Positions 22,430 through 33,154 of a DNA stretch of 33,154 nt are shown piece by piece; position 1 is the stretch's first letter, and each line of letters opens with the position of its first letter. The stretch covers positions 41,566,065 to 41,599,218 of the forward strand of contig NC_068994.1 in the NCBI RefSeq assembly GCF_001194135.2. The letters are read 5' to 3'. A program made the position numbers and the translations under genes. The notes under the pieces are model-generated. The model worked only from the letters and a program-made list of their open reading frames with translations. It was not told the origin of the DNA and did no database searches. Origin of the DNA: Octopus bimaculoides. Its lineage: Eukaryota.

Positions 22430-22640
22430 TTACTCTAGGCACAAGACCCCAAAATTTTGGGGTTGGAACCAGTCGATTAGATCGACCCTAGTATGCAGCT
22501 GGTACTTAATTTATTGACCCCACCAAAAAGATGAAAGGCAAAATCGACCTTGGCAGAATTTGAACTCAGAACGTAAAGACAGACAAAATACTGCTAAGCA
22601 TTTCGCCTGGCATGCTAACATTTCTGCCAGCTCTCCACCT
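22430..22640 (-). mobile_element. Family A SINE
   Basis: ctggtacttaatttattgaccccaccaaaagatgaaaggcaaaatcgacc...gctaacatttctgccagctctccacc. Confidence 0.85.
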
Positions 22641-22686
22641 TGGATAAAATAGATATTGTTTATTAATTAATATTATCTTTGGCTCC

Positions 22687-22910
22687 CTATTTGAATTCAA
22701 TACATTGATAACCCATGGGCATACTTATAAAGTCAAAAAAAAAAAAAAGGAACCATAATTTTCTAAAGCAATATTTCACACTCAGAATTGTTGAAGCATG
22801 AATGAATTCCACAAATTGGTTAATAGCTTTTAGGTCACTGTATCCTTTAAAAATTCCACATTTCTCAAAATTCACCTACACTATTTCCGATGTACCTAGT
22901 CACCCTTATT
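22687..22910 (+). mobile_element. CR1-clade LINE 3' fragment
   Basis: LFEFNTLITHGHTYKVKK...FLKQYFTLRIVEA*, matching the CR1 C-terminal TRGH-x-YK...RK-x-FF-x-x-RV-x-x-x-WN motif. Confidence 0.8.
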
Positions 22911-23018
22911 TCTTTATGGCTATTTTTTCAGTTCACATTTCCTTCCTTTTGTATTTTATTCTGTGAGTCATGCAAGAACTTCTGGATTTTGTTTTCTCTC
23001 TTTCTTTTCTTGATTTAT

Positions 23019-23056
<38 letters not shown>

Positions 23057-24126
23057 CCTTCCTTTACTGTTTTCTGATGAGCTGTTGTGCACCTGAGTAT
23101 TATATAGAATAAGCTCATTAACATTCTTATTTAGAAAAACTTTACCTACTTAACAATTCTCTATCAGGGGAATGGTACCTGAAATTGTTTAATAATTCAA
23201 CAATCTTCTCTCTTTACCATCAATTACGTAATTCTTCTGTGAATTAACTTAAGAGATTCAGTCACTCACACTTCACAAGTTATAATATAATGTTACTGCC
23301 ACTAAAAACACCAAACAAGGATGAAAAATCTAGAGTTATCTCCCGTACCTGCTCGTGAAGAAGAGAAAAATTATATTAGCTGCTAGCTAAAATTTTAATT
23401 TTTTACAACATAATTTGATTATAATTTGGCTCCATTCTAATTAGAATATTTAAGAAATTATTTAACTGACTTTGTTCTCTATACCATCAGAAATATAACA
23501 GCATAATCTAAATACACCACCCTCATTTTTGAGTGGACTATATAAGAGGTTTAATTTATTGGCAATCTACCCTTTTACTGTACAAAATATGATTATATAA
23601 CTCTTGAAAAGCCATTTTTGGTAATATTGTATTTTTGAAACAATGAGGCCTCTGGATTTGAGCCTCATTTGTTGAACAGTCCTATCTAATTACCCATAAG
23701 CTTCCATCTTTCTAATCCCATTTTCACCCTTCTGATCACCTCTCCACACTGTCTTCTGCTTAGAACCTTTATAAGAAAGGCACTTTTCTTTCAGTTCTTA
23801 TTCCGGAGAATTATGTAGTTCTGGAGCTCATTCACAGCCAGTTTCTCTTCTGTGCAAGGACTTCTGAAGCATAAACTACATTAACAATAGGGTTAAAATA
23901 AAATGAAATAATCTAGAGATAGTAGGAATGGTCTGTAACGTGTGATCACGGAAGGAGTCCTCATTAGTCATTTATCTTTACTTGTATGTACAAGACTGAG
24001 AAAGATATTTTGTGAAACACTGACAATTGCTCATGCAAACGAGCTTCTCTTTTCCATGTCACTGATGTTATTCAAGTGAAAGGCCATTGCTTAAGGGCCA
24101 TTAAAGTATTGCCTCAGCATCATTAA

Positions 24127-24345
24127 CCTTTTAGCTTTCATATTACTCTGTCAAATGTAGTGCTTATTTCTTCATATTGCTTTGAATTAATCATGCATTA
24201 TCTTGTAGCTTTGAGATTTTCATGGTGTATTTGTTTAGTTTTAAAGTGACATTGCAGGGTAGATGTAAGAGGCCGAGTTTTGCTTGTTTGAATGTAAAAC
24301 AGCCAGAATATTCGAGGCAGATATGGCTGGTTTAAACACTAAGGG
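24127..24345. mobile_element. piggyBac-like MITE (~220 bp)
   Basis: Flanked by TTAA (24123-24126) and TTGA (24346-24349). Degenerate inverted ends CCTTTTAGCTTTCA ... TAAACACTAAGGG. Confidence 0.7.
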
Positions 24346-25224
24346 TTGAAAGTGTTGCTGTCAGACTGTGAAGGGCTGCAGCAGATACTGGAAAGTAATC
24401 TCATTCAACTCATTGAAAGTTTAATCAATTTACCATTCCAGATTGGTACAGTTCATTGATCCTTGAAAAATTAAAATTAAAGTTGACCTCAACAGGATTT
24501 GAACTAAAAGTGTAAATGCCCAGCAGAAACTGGGAGTCATTCTATTCAATGTTCTAACAACTCTCAATTTGCCATTTTATAAAAGTGTTCACAAGAAATC
24601 TAGAAGAATTCACTAAAAGAATTTACAATAAATTCCTTTGCCACCTTGAGAGGTAAGGAATCTAGCAGTTTATACTTTTGCTTTTTGTTTCAGAACAAAG
24701 AAATGAAGTGAAGATACATGACCTAGCAGTTTGGTGCTGTTAAAATTATGTCATAAGGTTGTGGGCTTGATACTCTGACTGGACAACACATTCTGTCCTT
24801 GGGCAAGCTATTTCATTTCACATTGTTTTGGTTTATACATCAGAAAATGTAGCTGCACTTACTGAATGAGGATATCTTATACACTACAGGGCTTAGATCT
24901 CACAAATGCAATGCACCAATGGCCCTTGATGATTGCCCCTTCTTTGACGTTGAGAAGAAAGTGTGAGAATGTGGCATCATTGTTGGAGTTACAAAGTATT
25001 TTACTTGCCTGTTTCTCTTCCTCTTCCTCATTTTCAAATGAAGAGCAAGGACCCAAAATATTAGATTCTTCAGTTCTCATTTCTCATGACAACTGGACTT
25101 GATAAACTCTTCCATGCAATCCTCTGTTTGAATTTATTGGTATCAGATATCTACCTGGATCTATTAATCCCTTTTACCTTTTTGTACATACATACACAAA
25201 CGCACATACATACATACATACATG

Positions 25225-25259
<35 letters not shown>

Positions 25260-25408
25260 GAATAGATAGATAGATAGATAGATAAATAGATAGAGAGAGA
25301 GAGAGAGAGATAAACAGACAGACAGACAGATAAATGCATGCATACATAGATGGATAGATAGCTAGATAGATAGAAAGATACATACATATATCCATACATA
25401 CATAGATA

Positions 25409-25453
<45 letters not shown>

Positions 25454-26018
25454 GCTAACATATATATATACATACAAACACACACACATATAAATATGTG
25501 TGTGTGCGTGTGTGTGTGTATAAAGCACTGTGGCTTCTACTGATATATTATTAAAGAAAAAGGGATCTGTAAAAAAATAAAATGCCTACACATCACATTG
25601 GCTATAATTTAAATAAGGCAAGAATAAGCAAACATGAGGCTTCAATGTCCTACCGACAAATATAGAATTAATAAAGGAAAAGAATGAAAAAAAGTTTTTT
25701 TAAAAATACAGAAAGGAATATAAAAAAAAAGAAACAGAAAGGAATGTAAAAACAACAATAAAAAAAAAATAGAAAAGAATTTTTTTAAAAATAACGAATA
25801 TTTGCAATTAATGCAGATCTTTCACATTCGTCATTCATGTAGCTTGAAGGCATCAGTGTTTGGTTATGTAATGAAATGCCTCTCAACTTATCTGAAGAGA
25901 GTTAAGATTTTTCAAGAAGCAAGCAAAGCAAATTAACTCACATTTTGTGAATTCAGTCCATTAGTGGAACAGTGAAAGTCTCTGAGACTTTTCCGAGTTT
26001 AACCATATGGTTTGATGA

Positions 26019-26083
<65 letters not shown>

Positions 26084-26088
26084 TATAC

Positions 26089-26130
<42 letters not shown>

Positions 26131-26499
26131 GTATATATATAATGGTGCTGACCTATTCCCCTTGGATTTATGAATACGAATAATTCTTTTCAACTATTAC
26201 TCTGTGCTTTTCTTTTAATATAATATAAGGTGCATAATTATGACATCACCGAACTGAAGAATGAAGTTCTTTAATGATTCAAGACAAGGGATACTGGGGT
26301 GATTTCTCACAGGTTTTTCTTATTGCCCGTAGCAAGAATTGAGCTCAGAGATATGTGCTAACAAAGCATCATTAGTTACATAATAATACAGCTGTGTGAA
26401 TAAAAAAAATAAATGATATTGAGCAGCATGTCTTAGTGAGGTTCACTTGCCATTTGCTTGAATGTTGTCTTTGAGTGTGAAGCTTGTTGCTAGGAACAC

Positions 26500-26880
26500 A
26501 AAACTGAGCCAATGGTAAAATATAAGATGATGCGTACCTTCTGCATGTTACCCTATCAAAGTTATATTTGCATGGATCTGGTAACACGTAAAAGCACCTG
26601 TGCCAGTGACATGTGAATGGTACCAGTGCCAGTGACACGTAAAAGGCTACAGTGCTGTTGACATATATAAGGTATCCATGTTGGTGACACATTAAAGGCA
26701 CCTGTGCCACTAATGCATAAACGACACCCCCCACACAGTGCACTCTGTAGAGTGGGTGGCATTAGGAAGGGCATAGAAACCAAGCCAAGACAGACTGGAG
26801 CCAGGTGCAGTTCACCAGCTTACCAGTTCCAGTCAAACCACGAAACTCATACCGACATGGAAAACAAATGCTAAATGATG
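26500..26880. repeat. Family C repeat with internal ~20-bp minisatellite (gtgccagtgacacgtaaaagcac-like units)
   Basis: Repeated gtgccagtgacac...aaag units at 26575-26710, then ggcattaggaagggcatagaaacc and a (GAT)n end. Confidence 0.75.
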
Positions 26881-26908
26881 ATGATGATGATGATGATGAC
26901 GATGACGA

Positions 26909-26969
<61 letters not shown>

Positions 26970-27040
26970 CATGACGACGATGATGATGACGATGATTGTG
27001 TTGGTGGTGGTGATGATCATGATGATGATGGTGATGATCA
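26875..27040. repeat. Compound (GAT)n/(GAC)20 microsatellite
   Basis: Pure GAC run at 26910-26969. Confidence 0.95.
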
Positions 27041-27520
27041 TGATCTGTCAAACTCTTACCAACTGCAGGGGTAGCATTATCATCCCTGAAATTTCAATGT
27101 TTGTTTATTGCACGATAATAAACAAGACATAACACCTATTTCACACCATGTCCTTTCTCTTTCTCACTTTCCCTTCCAATTTCTGCATGTCTCATCTTAT
27201 CTTCAATTCTCAGTTCTCTCTCCATTAATTCCTGACAGCCAGACCACTAACACCTTGGTCTTCATTTATTCTCTCTTGAGAGGCAAAAGGCCAAAATATC
27301 AGACATTTTACACCTCACAGCAATTAAACTAATCGACATCAACATTCTACAGATTCATCCTTAGAATACATGTTACTGACACAGACCCCTTTGCATTTGG
27401 TTCTGATTCCTAAGTTTACCCTGCGAAACTTAGCCGTGATTTAGTAAGTCATTTTACAAGAACAACTATGTATTGTGAAGTATAGACTCGTTTTATGAAT
27501 TAAGATAGAAAACACTAAGG

Positions 27521-27845
27521 TAGCAAACTGGTAGAAACGTTAGCACGCCGGGCGAAATGCTTAGCGGTATTTCGCCTGTCGTTACATTCTGAGTTCAAAT
27601 TCCGCCGAGGTCAACTTTGCCTTTCATCCTTTCAGGGTCGATAAATTAAGTACCAGTTACGCACTGGGAGCTATTATTTCTATCAGACTGGCTGTGTGGT
27701 AAGTAGCTTGCTTACAAACCGCATGGTTCTGGGTTCAGTCCCACTGTGTGCCACCTTGGGCAAGTGTCTTCTACTATAGCCTCAGGCCGACCAAAGCCTT
27801 ATGAGTGGATTTGGTAGACGGAAACTGAAAGAAGCCTGTCGTATA
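27521..27845 (+). mobile_element. Family A SINE (27521-27668) followed by family B CORE-type SINE (27688-27845), which runs into a gap
   Basis: Both consensus-like sequences are visible in tandem. Confidence 0.85.
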
Positions 27846-28414
27846 NNNNNNNNNNNNNNNNNNNNNNNNNNNNNNNNNNNNNNNNNNNNNNNNNNNNNNN
27901 NNNNNNNNNNNNNNNNNNNNNNNNNNNNNNNNNNNNNNNNNNNNNNNNNNNNNNNNNNNNNNNNNNNNNNNNNNNNNNNNNNNNNNNNNNNNNNNNNNNN
28001 NNNNNNNNNNNNNNNNNNNNNNNNNNNNNNNNNNNNNNNNNNNNNNNNNNNNNNNNNNNNNNNNNNNNNNNNNNNNNNNNNNNNNNNNNNNNNNNNNNNN
28101 NNNNNNNNNNNNNNNNNNNNNNNNNNNNNNNNNNNNNNNNNNNNNNNNNNNNNNNNNNNNNNNNNNNNNNNNNNNNNNNNNNNNNNNNNNNNNNNNNNNN
28201 NNNNNNNNNNNNNNNNNNNNNNNNNNNNNNNNNNNNNNNNNNNNNNNNNNNNNNNNNNNNNNNNNNNNNNNNNNNNNNNNNNNNNNNNNNNNNNNNNNNN
28301 NNNNNNNNNNNNNNNNNNNNNNNNNNNNNNNNNNNNNNNNNNNNNNNNNTTAACGTCTGTTTTCCATGCTAGCATGGGTTGGACTATTTGACTGAGGACT
28401 GGTGAACCAGATGG

Positions 28415-28454
<40 letters not shown>

Positions 28455-28456
<2 letters not shown>

Positions 28457-28580
28457 GATGGGCTTCTTTCAGTTTCCTTCACCCAAATCCACTCATTAGG
28501 CCTTGTGAGTGGTTCCTCCCAGTGGGACTGAACCCAAAACCCTGTGGTTGCAATGCAAGCTTCTTACTACACAGCTCTCT
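28455..28580 (-). mobile_element. Family B SINE with internal deletion
   Basis: cgatgggcttctttcagtttcc...aaatccactcat...gtgggactgaacccaaaaccctgtggttg...cttactacacagc. Confidence 0.75.
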
Positions 28581-28779
28581 TAGCAGGGTATGATAAATTT
28601 TGGTGCCACCTATTTGGCATCACTGATTCAACACTAACTTATTTGACTCCAGATACTTTGTTTTCCTCACTTTAATGCTTATTTTGTTCTTTCCTTCCCC
28701 ATTCGGTCTCTATGTTTTTGTGAGTAAGCAGCTACTAATGTTTGCATGTATAATGTCTTTCCCTCTCTGTCTTAATCCT

Positions 28780-29215
28780 GCACACATGTGTGTGTACATG
28801 TGTGCATGTGTGTGCCTGTGTGTATATGTGTTTTCATATGTGTATGTGTGCATGTGTATGTGTGTGCATTTGTACATGTGTGTATGTGTGTGTATGCATA
28901 TGCGTATGTGTGCATGTGTATGTGTGTGTGCATGTGTGCATGCATGTGTATACATGTGTGCATGTATATGTGTGTGTGTATGAGTGCCTATGTTTGTGTG
29001 TGTGTGTGTGTGTGCATACATTTGTGTATGTGTATGTGTGTGCATATGTGTATGTATGCATGTGTGCATGTATGCATGTGTGCATGCGTACATGTGTACA
29101 ATTGTGCATGTTCGTATGTGTGTGTGCATGTGTGTATGTGTCCTTGTTGTATGTGTATGTGTGTGTGCATGTATGCATGTGTGCATATGTGTATATGTGT
29201 GCGCACGCATGCTTG
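28780..29215. repeat. Long degenerate (TG/TA/TGCA) microsatellite region
   Basis: Direct inspection. Confidence 0.95.
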
Positions 29216-29221
29216 CCTCCA

Positions 29222-29545
29222 ACGGAGAAGGTGCATGGCTTAGTGATTAGTGGTATTCAGCTCATGATTGTAAGGTCAGGAGTTCAATTCCTGGTGATGC
29301 AGTGTGTCTTTCAATAAAACACTTTATTTCACATTGCTCCACTCCACACAGTTAACAAAAATTTGGAGTTCCTGTAACTGAAAGGGTCAGCCTTGTTACA
29401 TTCTGTGTCTTGCTGAATCTCCCTGAGAATACATTAAGGGTATGCTTGTCTGTGGAGTGCTCAGCCACACACTTTAATTTCATGAGCAGGCTGTTCCATT
29501 GATCGGATCATTTGGAACCCCCAGTGTTGTAACCAACATAGTGCA
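29222..29545 (+). mobile_element. tRNA-derived SINE, family D; related fragments at ~24720-24850 and 6958-7031
   Basis: tRNA-like head gtgcatggcttagtg...ggagttcaattcctgg. The tail taatttcatgagcaggctgttccattgatcggatc matches 6958-7010. Confidence 0.7.
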
Positions 29546-30466
29546 AGTTTGCATCAGGTGATAAAACATACTGTTGCTAAATGTCAAATAACACTATGTA
29601 ACATGATTTTTGTCCTTGGGTAGCAGCTGTTATTTGTTATTTGCTTACCCCTAGAAAGTATGAAAAATGACTAATATTTCCTTCAAAGTTTGCTTGTGTT
29701 ACATTTATTCAAACCCCATACAAACCTTCTCAACACATCACTTTGATTGTTCCCCACTACTCCTGCTCATGATCAGGGATGCACATATTGTCAGTCACTA
29801 AAGGACATGCTCAAGTGGTTAAGGTGAAGCAACTGGAAAGCAAAACTAACAAGCAAATTTGCTATAATGATATTTCTGCTTCAGCAACTCCATGCTGAAT
29901 CTGTTTGAAATGTAATGGAAACTAGGTCAGTTTCAAAACACTGATGTCCAGATCATGAAAGCAAAGTCTTAAGGGAACAGTAATCTTTTCCTTTGATTTC
30001 TAGACAGAAGCAATTAGGAAATAACACTTCCTGACCAAAAACTAAAACAAAATAAAAATTTTGTTACACAAGTGTAATCAGCATCCAAACAGCCACATCC
30101 AAACATCTCATTCCACTCTTGTCATACTTTTAGTAAATGGCATTTTGAGAATGGGTCCTATGTAGTAAGAAAATGAATGGGTAATGTTTTACAGCTGTTT
30201 TCCTAAAATACCTGGATGTTCTCTGATACCATTGGGACGCTTGTAAATGAATGTCATTCATTTGTAACATTCTACAGAAACATATCTGGTAATGGTCATG
30301 GGGAAATATTACCTTGTTTGGAGAAAGATGAGTGTTGGCAACATGAAGAGCATCGAACTAAATAAAATCTACCACAATCAAAAGCACTGTCTGACCCATG
30401 CAACCATCAAAAGTTGTGGGCATTAAAGGATGATGGTGATGATGGTGGTGGTGATGATGGTGGTGG

Positions 30467-30501
<35 letters not shown>

Positions 30502-30690
30502 ACACAAACAGTTGAAAGTATACAAAATCTGTAGTTTTGAATATAGACTCCAACAGAGAGAAAGACAAAGAGAGAGAGAGAGAGAAAGCCAGCAAGAGAG
30601 AAAATGTGTGTGTGTGTACTTGTGCATTTGTGTGAGTATGCGTGTATGTATGTGGATGTGTCTGTGCGTGTATATGTATGTATATATGTA

Positions 30691-30736
<46 letters not shown>

Positions 30737-31986
30737 TAGATAGATAGATAAAGATACATACATATACGTTTATGTATATATGTTATATATATATATANNN
30801 NNNNNNNNNNNNNNNNNNNNNNNNNNNNNNNNNNNNNNNNNNNNNNNNNNNNNNNNNNNNNNNNNNNNNNNNNNNNNNNNNNNNNNNNNNNNNNNNNNNN
30901 NNNNNNNNNNNNNNNNNNNNNNNNNNNNNNNNNNNNNNNNNNNNNNNNNNNNNNNNNNNNNNNNNNNNNNNNNNNNNNNNNNNNNNNNNNNNNNNNNNNN
31001 NNNNNNNNNNNNNNNNNNNNNNNNNNNNNNNNNNNNNNNNNNNNNNNNNNNNNNNNNNNNNNNNNNNNNNNNNNNNNNNNNNNNNNNNNNNNNNNNNNNN
31101 NNNNNNNNNNNNNNATATTTCTTTTTCTTTCTTGAAAGCAAAAAAAAAAAAACGATAATTTTGTGTGTACTCAGGTTTTAGCATTGACATTTAATGAACT
31201 CTAAAATGAAATTTAAAGATAATCATGTCTGCACAGTGCATTATAAAGGTTATTGGCGTAAAATGTTGTTTGTGAAGGGCTGAAGCAGTATTTGTTTTAC
31301 AATGATACTTAATTCAATTAGAATATTTAACTGGGTATATTGAGCTTTGAGAATTGTTTCAACAAACAATTCAGTCAGAGGCTGCTTTGTAAATATAGCT
31401 GTTCTGAGTAAGTGGGTAAAAGGATTAATTAAATCTTATAAATGGTGAATGAGTCAAGTGAAAAACATTGCATAATGTGCAGTAAATGGTGCATGACGTT
31501 ATATTATACTGCCAGATAAAATTCTTGTTATTGCATTTATATATTTTCATTTATTCTTTTGTTGTCGTTTTTTTTTTTACTTACTTTTATTCAATTATTA
31601 TTTTTTTTTTCTCTTTTGCCAAGCTTTATTAAATTATCCTCATTGTCAATTTATCATATATTTTCTGTGATTTCTTAAAATAAAAAAAAAGACCAAAACA
31701 AAACCAAAATAATAAAAATGAAAAAAGATAATAAACTCACAAAAACGTTGCTAGATTTATTGGAGCAAAATAATTTATATTACTAACTGACCATCCCAAG
31801 GTCAAACATAACATTAACAAGCGTAACATTAGAAAATTATCGCTACTAATAAGTAGAACACAACTAACGATCAGCAAATGATCTTCTGGTTCCACATGTT
31901 CTTGAGATTAGCAAACAATTTCTCTTTTATATTTACATATCCAGAATTTAACCCCTCTGTACACGCACCATAATATATATAAAAAA

Positions 31987-32037
<51 letters not shown>

Positions 32038-32451
32038 NNNNNNNNNNNNNNNNNNNNNNNNNNNNNNNNNNNNNNNNNNNNNNNNNNNNNNNNNNNNNNN
32101 NNNNNNNNNNNNNNNNNNNNNNNNNNNNNNNNNNNNNNNNNNNNNNNNNNNNNNNNNNNNNNNNNNNNNNNNNNNNNNNNNNNNNNNNNNNNNNNNNNNN
32201 NNNNNNNNNNNNNNNNNNNNNNNNNNNNNNNNNNNNNNNNNNNNNNNNNNNNNNNNNNNNNNNNNNNNNNNNNNNNNNNNNNNNNNNNNNNNNNNNNNNN
32301 NNNNNNNNNNNNNNNNATATAGATGTTCTTCACACACACATACACACATGTCTGTATATATATATGCAACAACATACACACATCTATGTATGTATATATA
32401 TGAAACAGCACACACACACACATAAATGTATGTATACAAAACAATGTGTGT

Positions 32452-32515
<64 letters not shown>

Positions 32516-32525
32516 TTTATTTGTG

Positions 32526-32716
32526 GGTTAACATGGCCACTATTGGTTTCATACTGAGAGGATATTTCTCAGCAATTATAAAGCCTACCACATGGGATGC
32601 TGGTACTAGTCGTCTCCATTTTGAATAAGAATATGTGTGGCAGGCATTATAATTGCTAAGAAATATTCTCATATTGAGAAACCAATGGTTTGAAACCAAT
32701 GGTAGCCTTGTTAACC
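32526..32716. mobile_element. Foldback/MITE-like element with ~67-81 bp imperfect inverted arms
   Basis: Left arm ggttaacatggccactattggtttc...agcaattataaagcctaccaca (32526-32592) is the imperfect reverse complement of 32636-32716, which also contains a local gaaaccaatggt duplication. Confidence 0.8.
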
Positions 32717-32819
32717 AATAAAGAAAGAATATTTATTCACCAATACAGTGTCAAGCATTCATTCTCACTGTTCATTAATAGCATTTGCATATGTATATAT
32801 ATATCTATATATATAAAAA

Positions 32820-32829
32820 TGAGAATGTG

Positions 32830-32860
<31 letters not shown>

Positions 32861-33154
32861 GTGAATCCCTAAAACTCGAGAACTACGCAACCAATTTCAT
32901 TCAAATTTTACACATGCCTTACTTAGGGTTCCAGTTGTGTTTTAGTCAAAAAAAAAATATTAACTTCTTGCAGAGTTCGAGCACACGGCAACATAATATC
33001 TCCTCCACTATTTAAGTCTTAAGTGTCAAAAGTGAAACAAAAACACTCATGTCAAATACTTTCACTTTAAAAATGAAACTATTCCACTAACTGAAACAAT
33101 CACATTTCCATACTGTAGTGACAGATACTTTCACAGAGAGAGAAAGAGAGAAAG
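32820..33154 (+). mobile_element. Probable non-autonomous Helitron/Helentron-like element, truncated by the window end
   Basis: (GTCT)n run followed by gaactacgcaaccaatttcattcaaattttacac, an arrangement like DINE/HINE-type elements. Family call is by resemblance only. Confidence 0.45.

Noticed and set aside
23780-23880. Plus-strand exon candidate after ttttctttcAG
   Set aside because: All three frames stop within 27 codons, there is no homology I can recognise, and no partner exons.
29228-29295. tRNA gene (also the heads of SINE families A and B)
   Set aside because: A/B-box-like sequences are present but there is no complete cloverleaf, and they continue into SINE bodies.

Overview
AT-rich, repeat-dense eukaryotic genomic DNA with eight N-gaps. 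The protein and repeat content point to a coleoid cephalopod, most likely Octopus (inferred, not verified). The only supportable protein-coding gene is a minus-strand protocadherin: signal peptide, six cadherin repeats, a TM helix and the start of the cytoplasmic tail lie in one large exon (ATG 6508 to a CAG|GTGAGT donor at 4127). A splice acceptor at 6554 implies non-coding 5' exon(s) upstream; I could not identify the downstream coding exon(s). The remaining ~30 kb is intronic or intergenic. It holds a decayed mariner transposase, 3' fragments of RTE, CR1 and R4/Dong-type LINEs, many tRNA-derived SINEs of several families, MITE/foldback elements, Penelope-type fragments with minimal hammerhead-ribozyme-like motifs, and microsatellites, which account for nearly all other ORFs in the track. 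I see no convincing novel multi-gene system. The most interesting leads are the hammerhead-like motifs, a uORF overlapping the Pcdh start codon, a CpG-rich candidate promoter with a duplicated module, an 88-bp-arm hairpin, and retroelements clustered in (TAA)n arrays.
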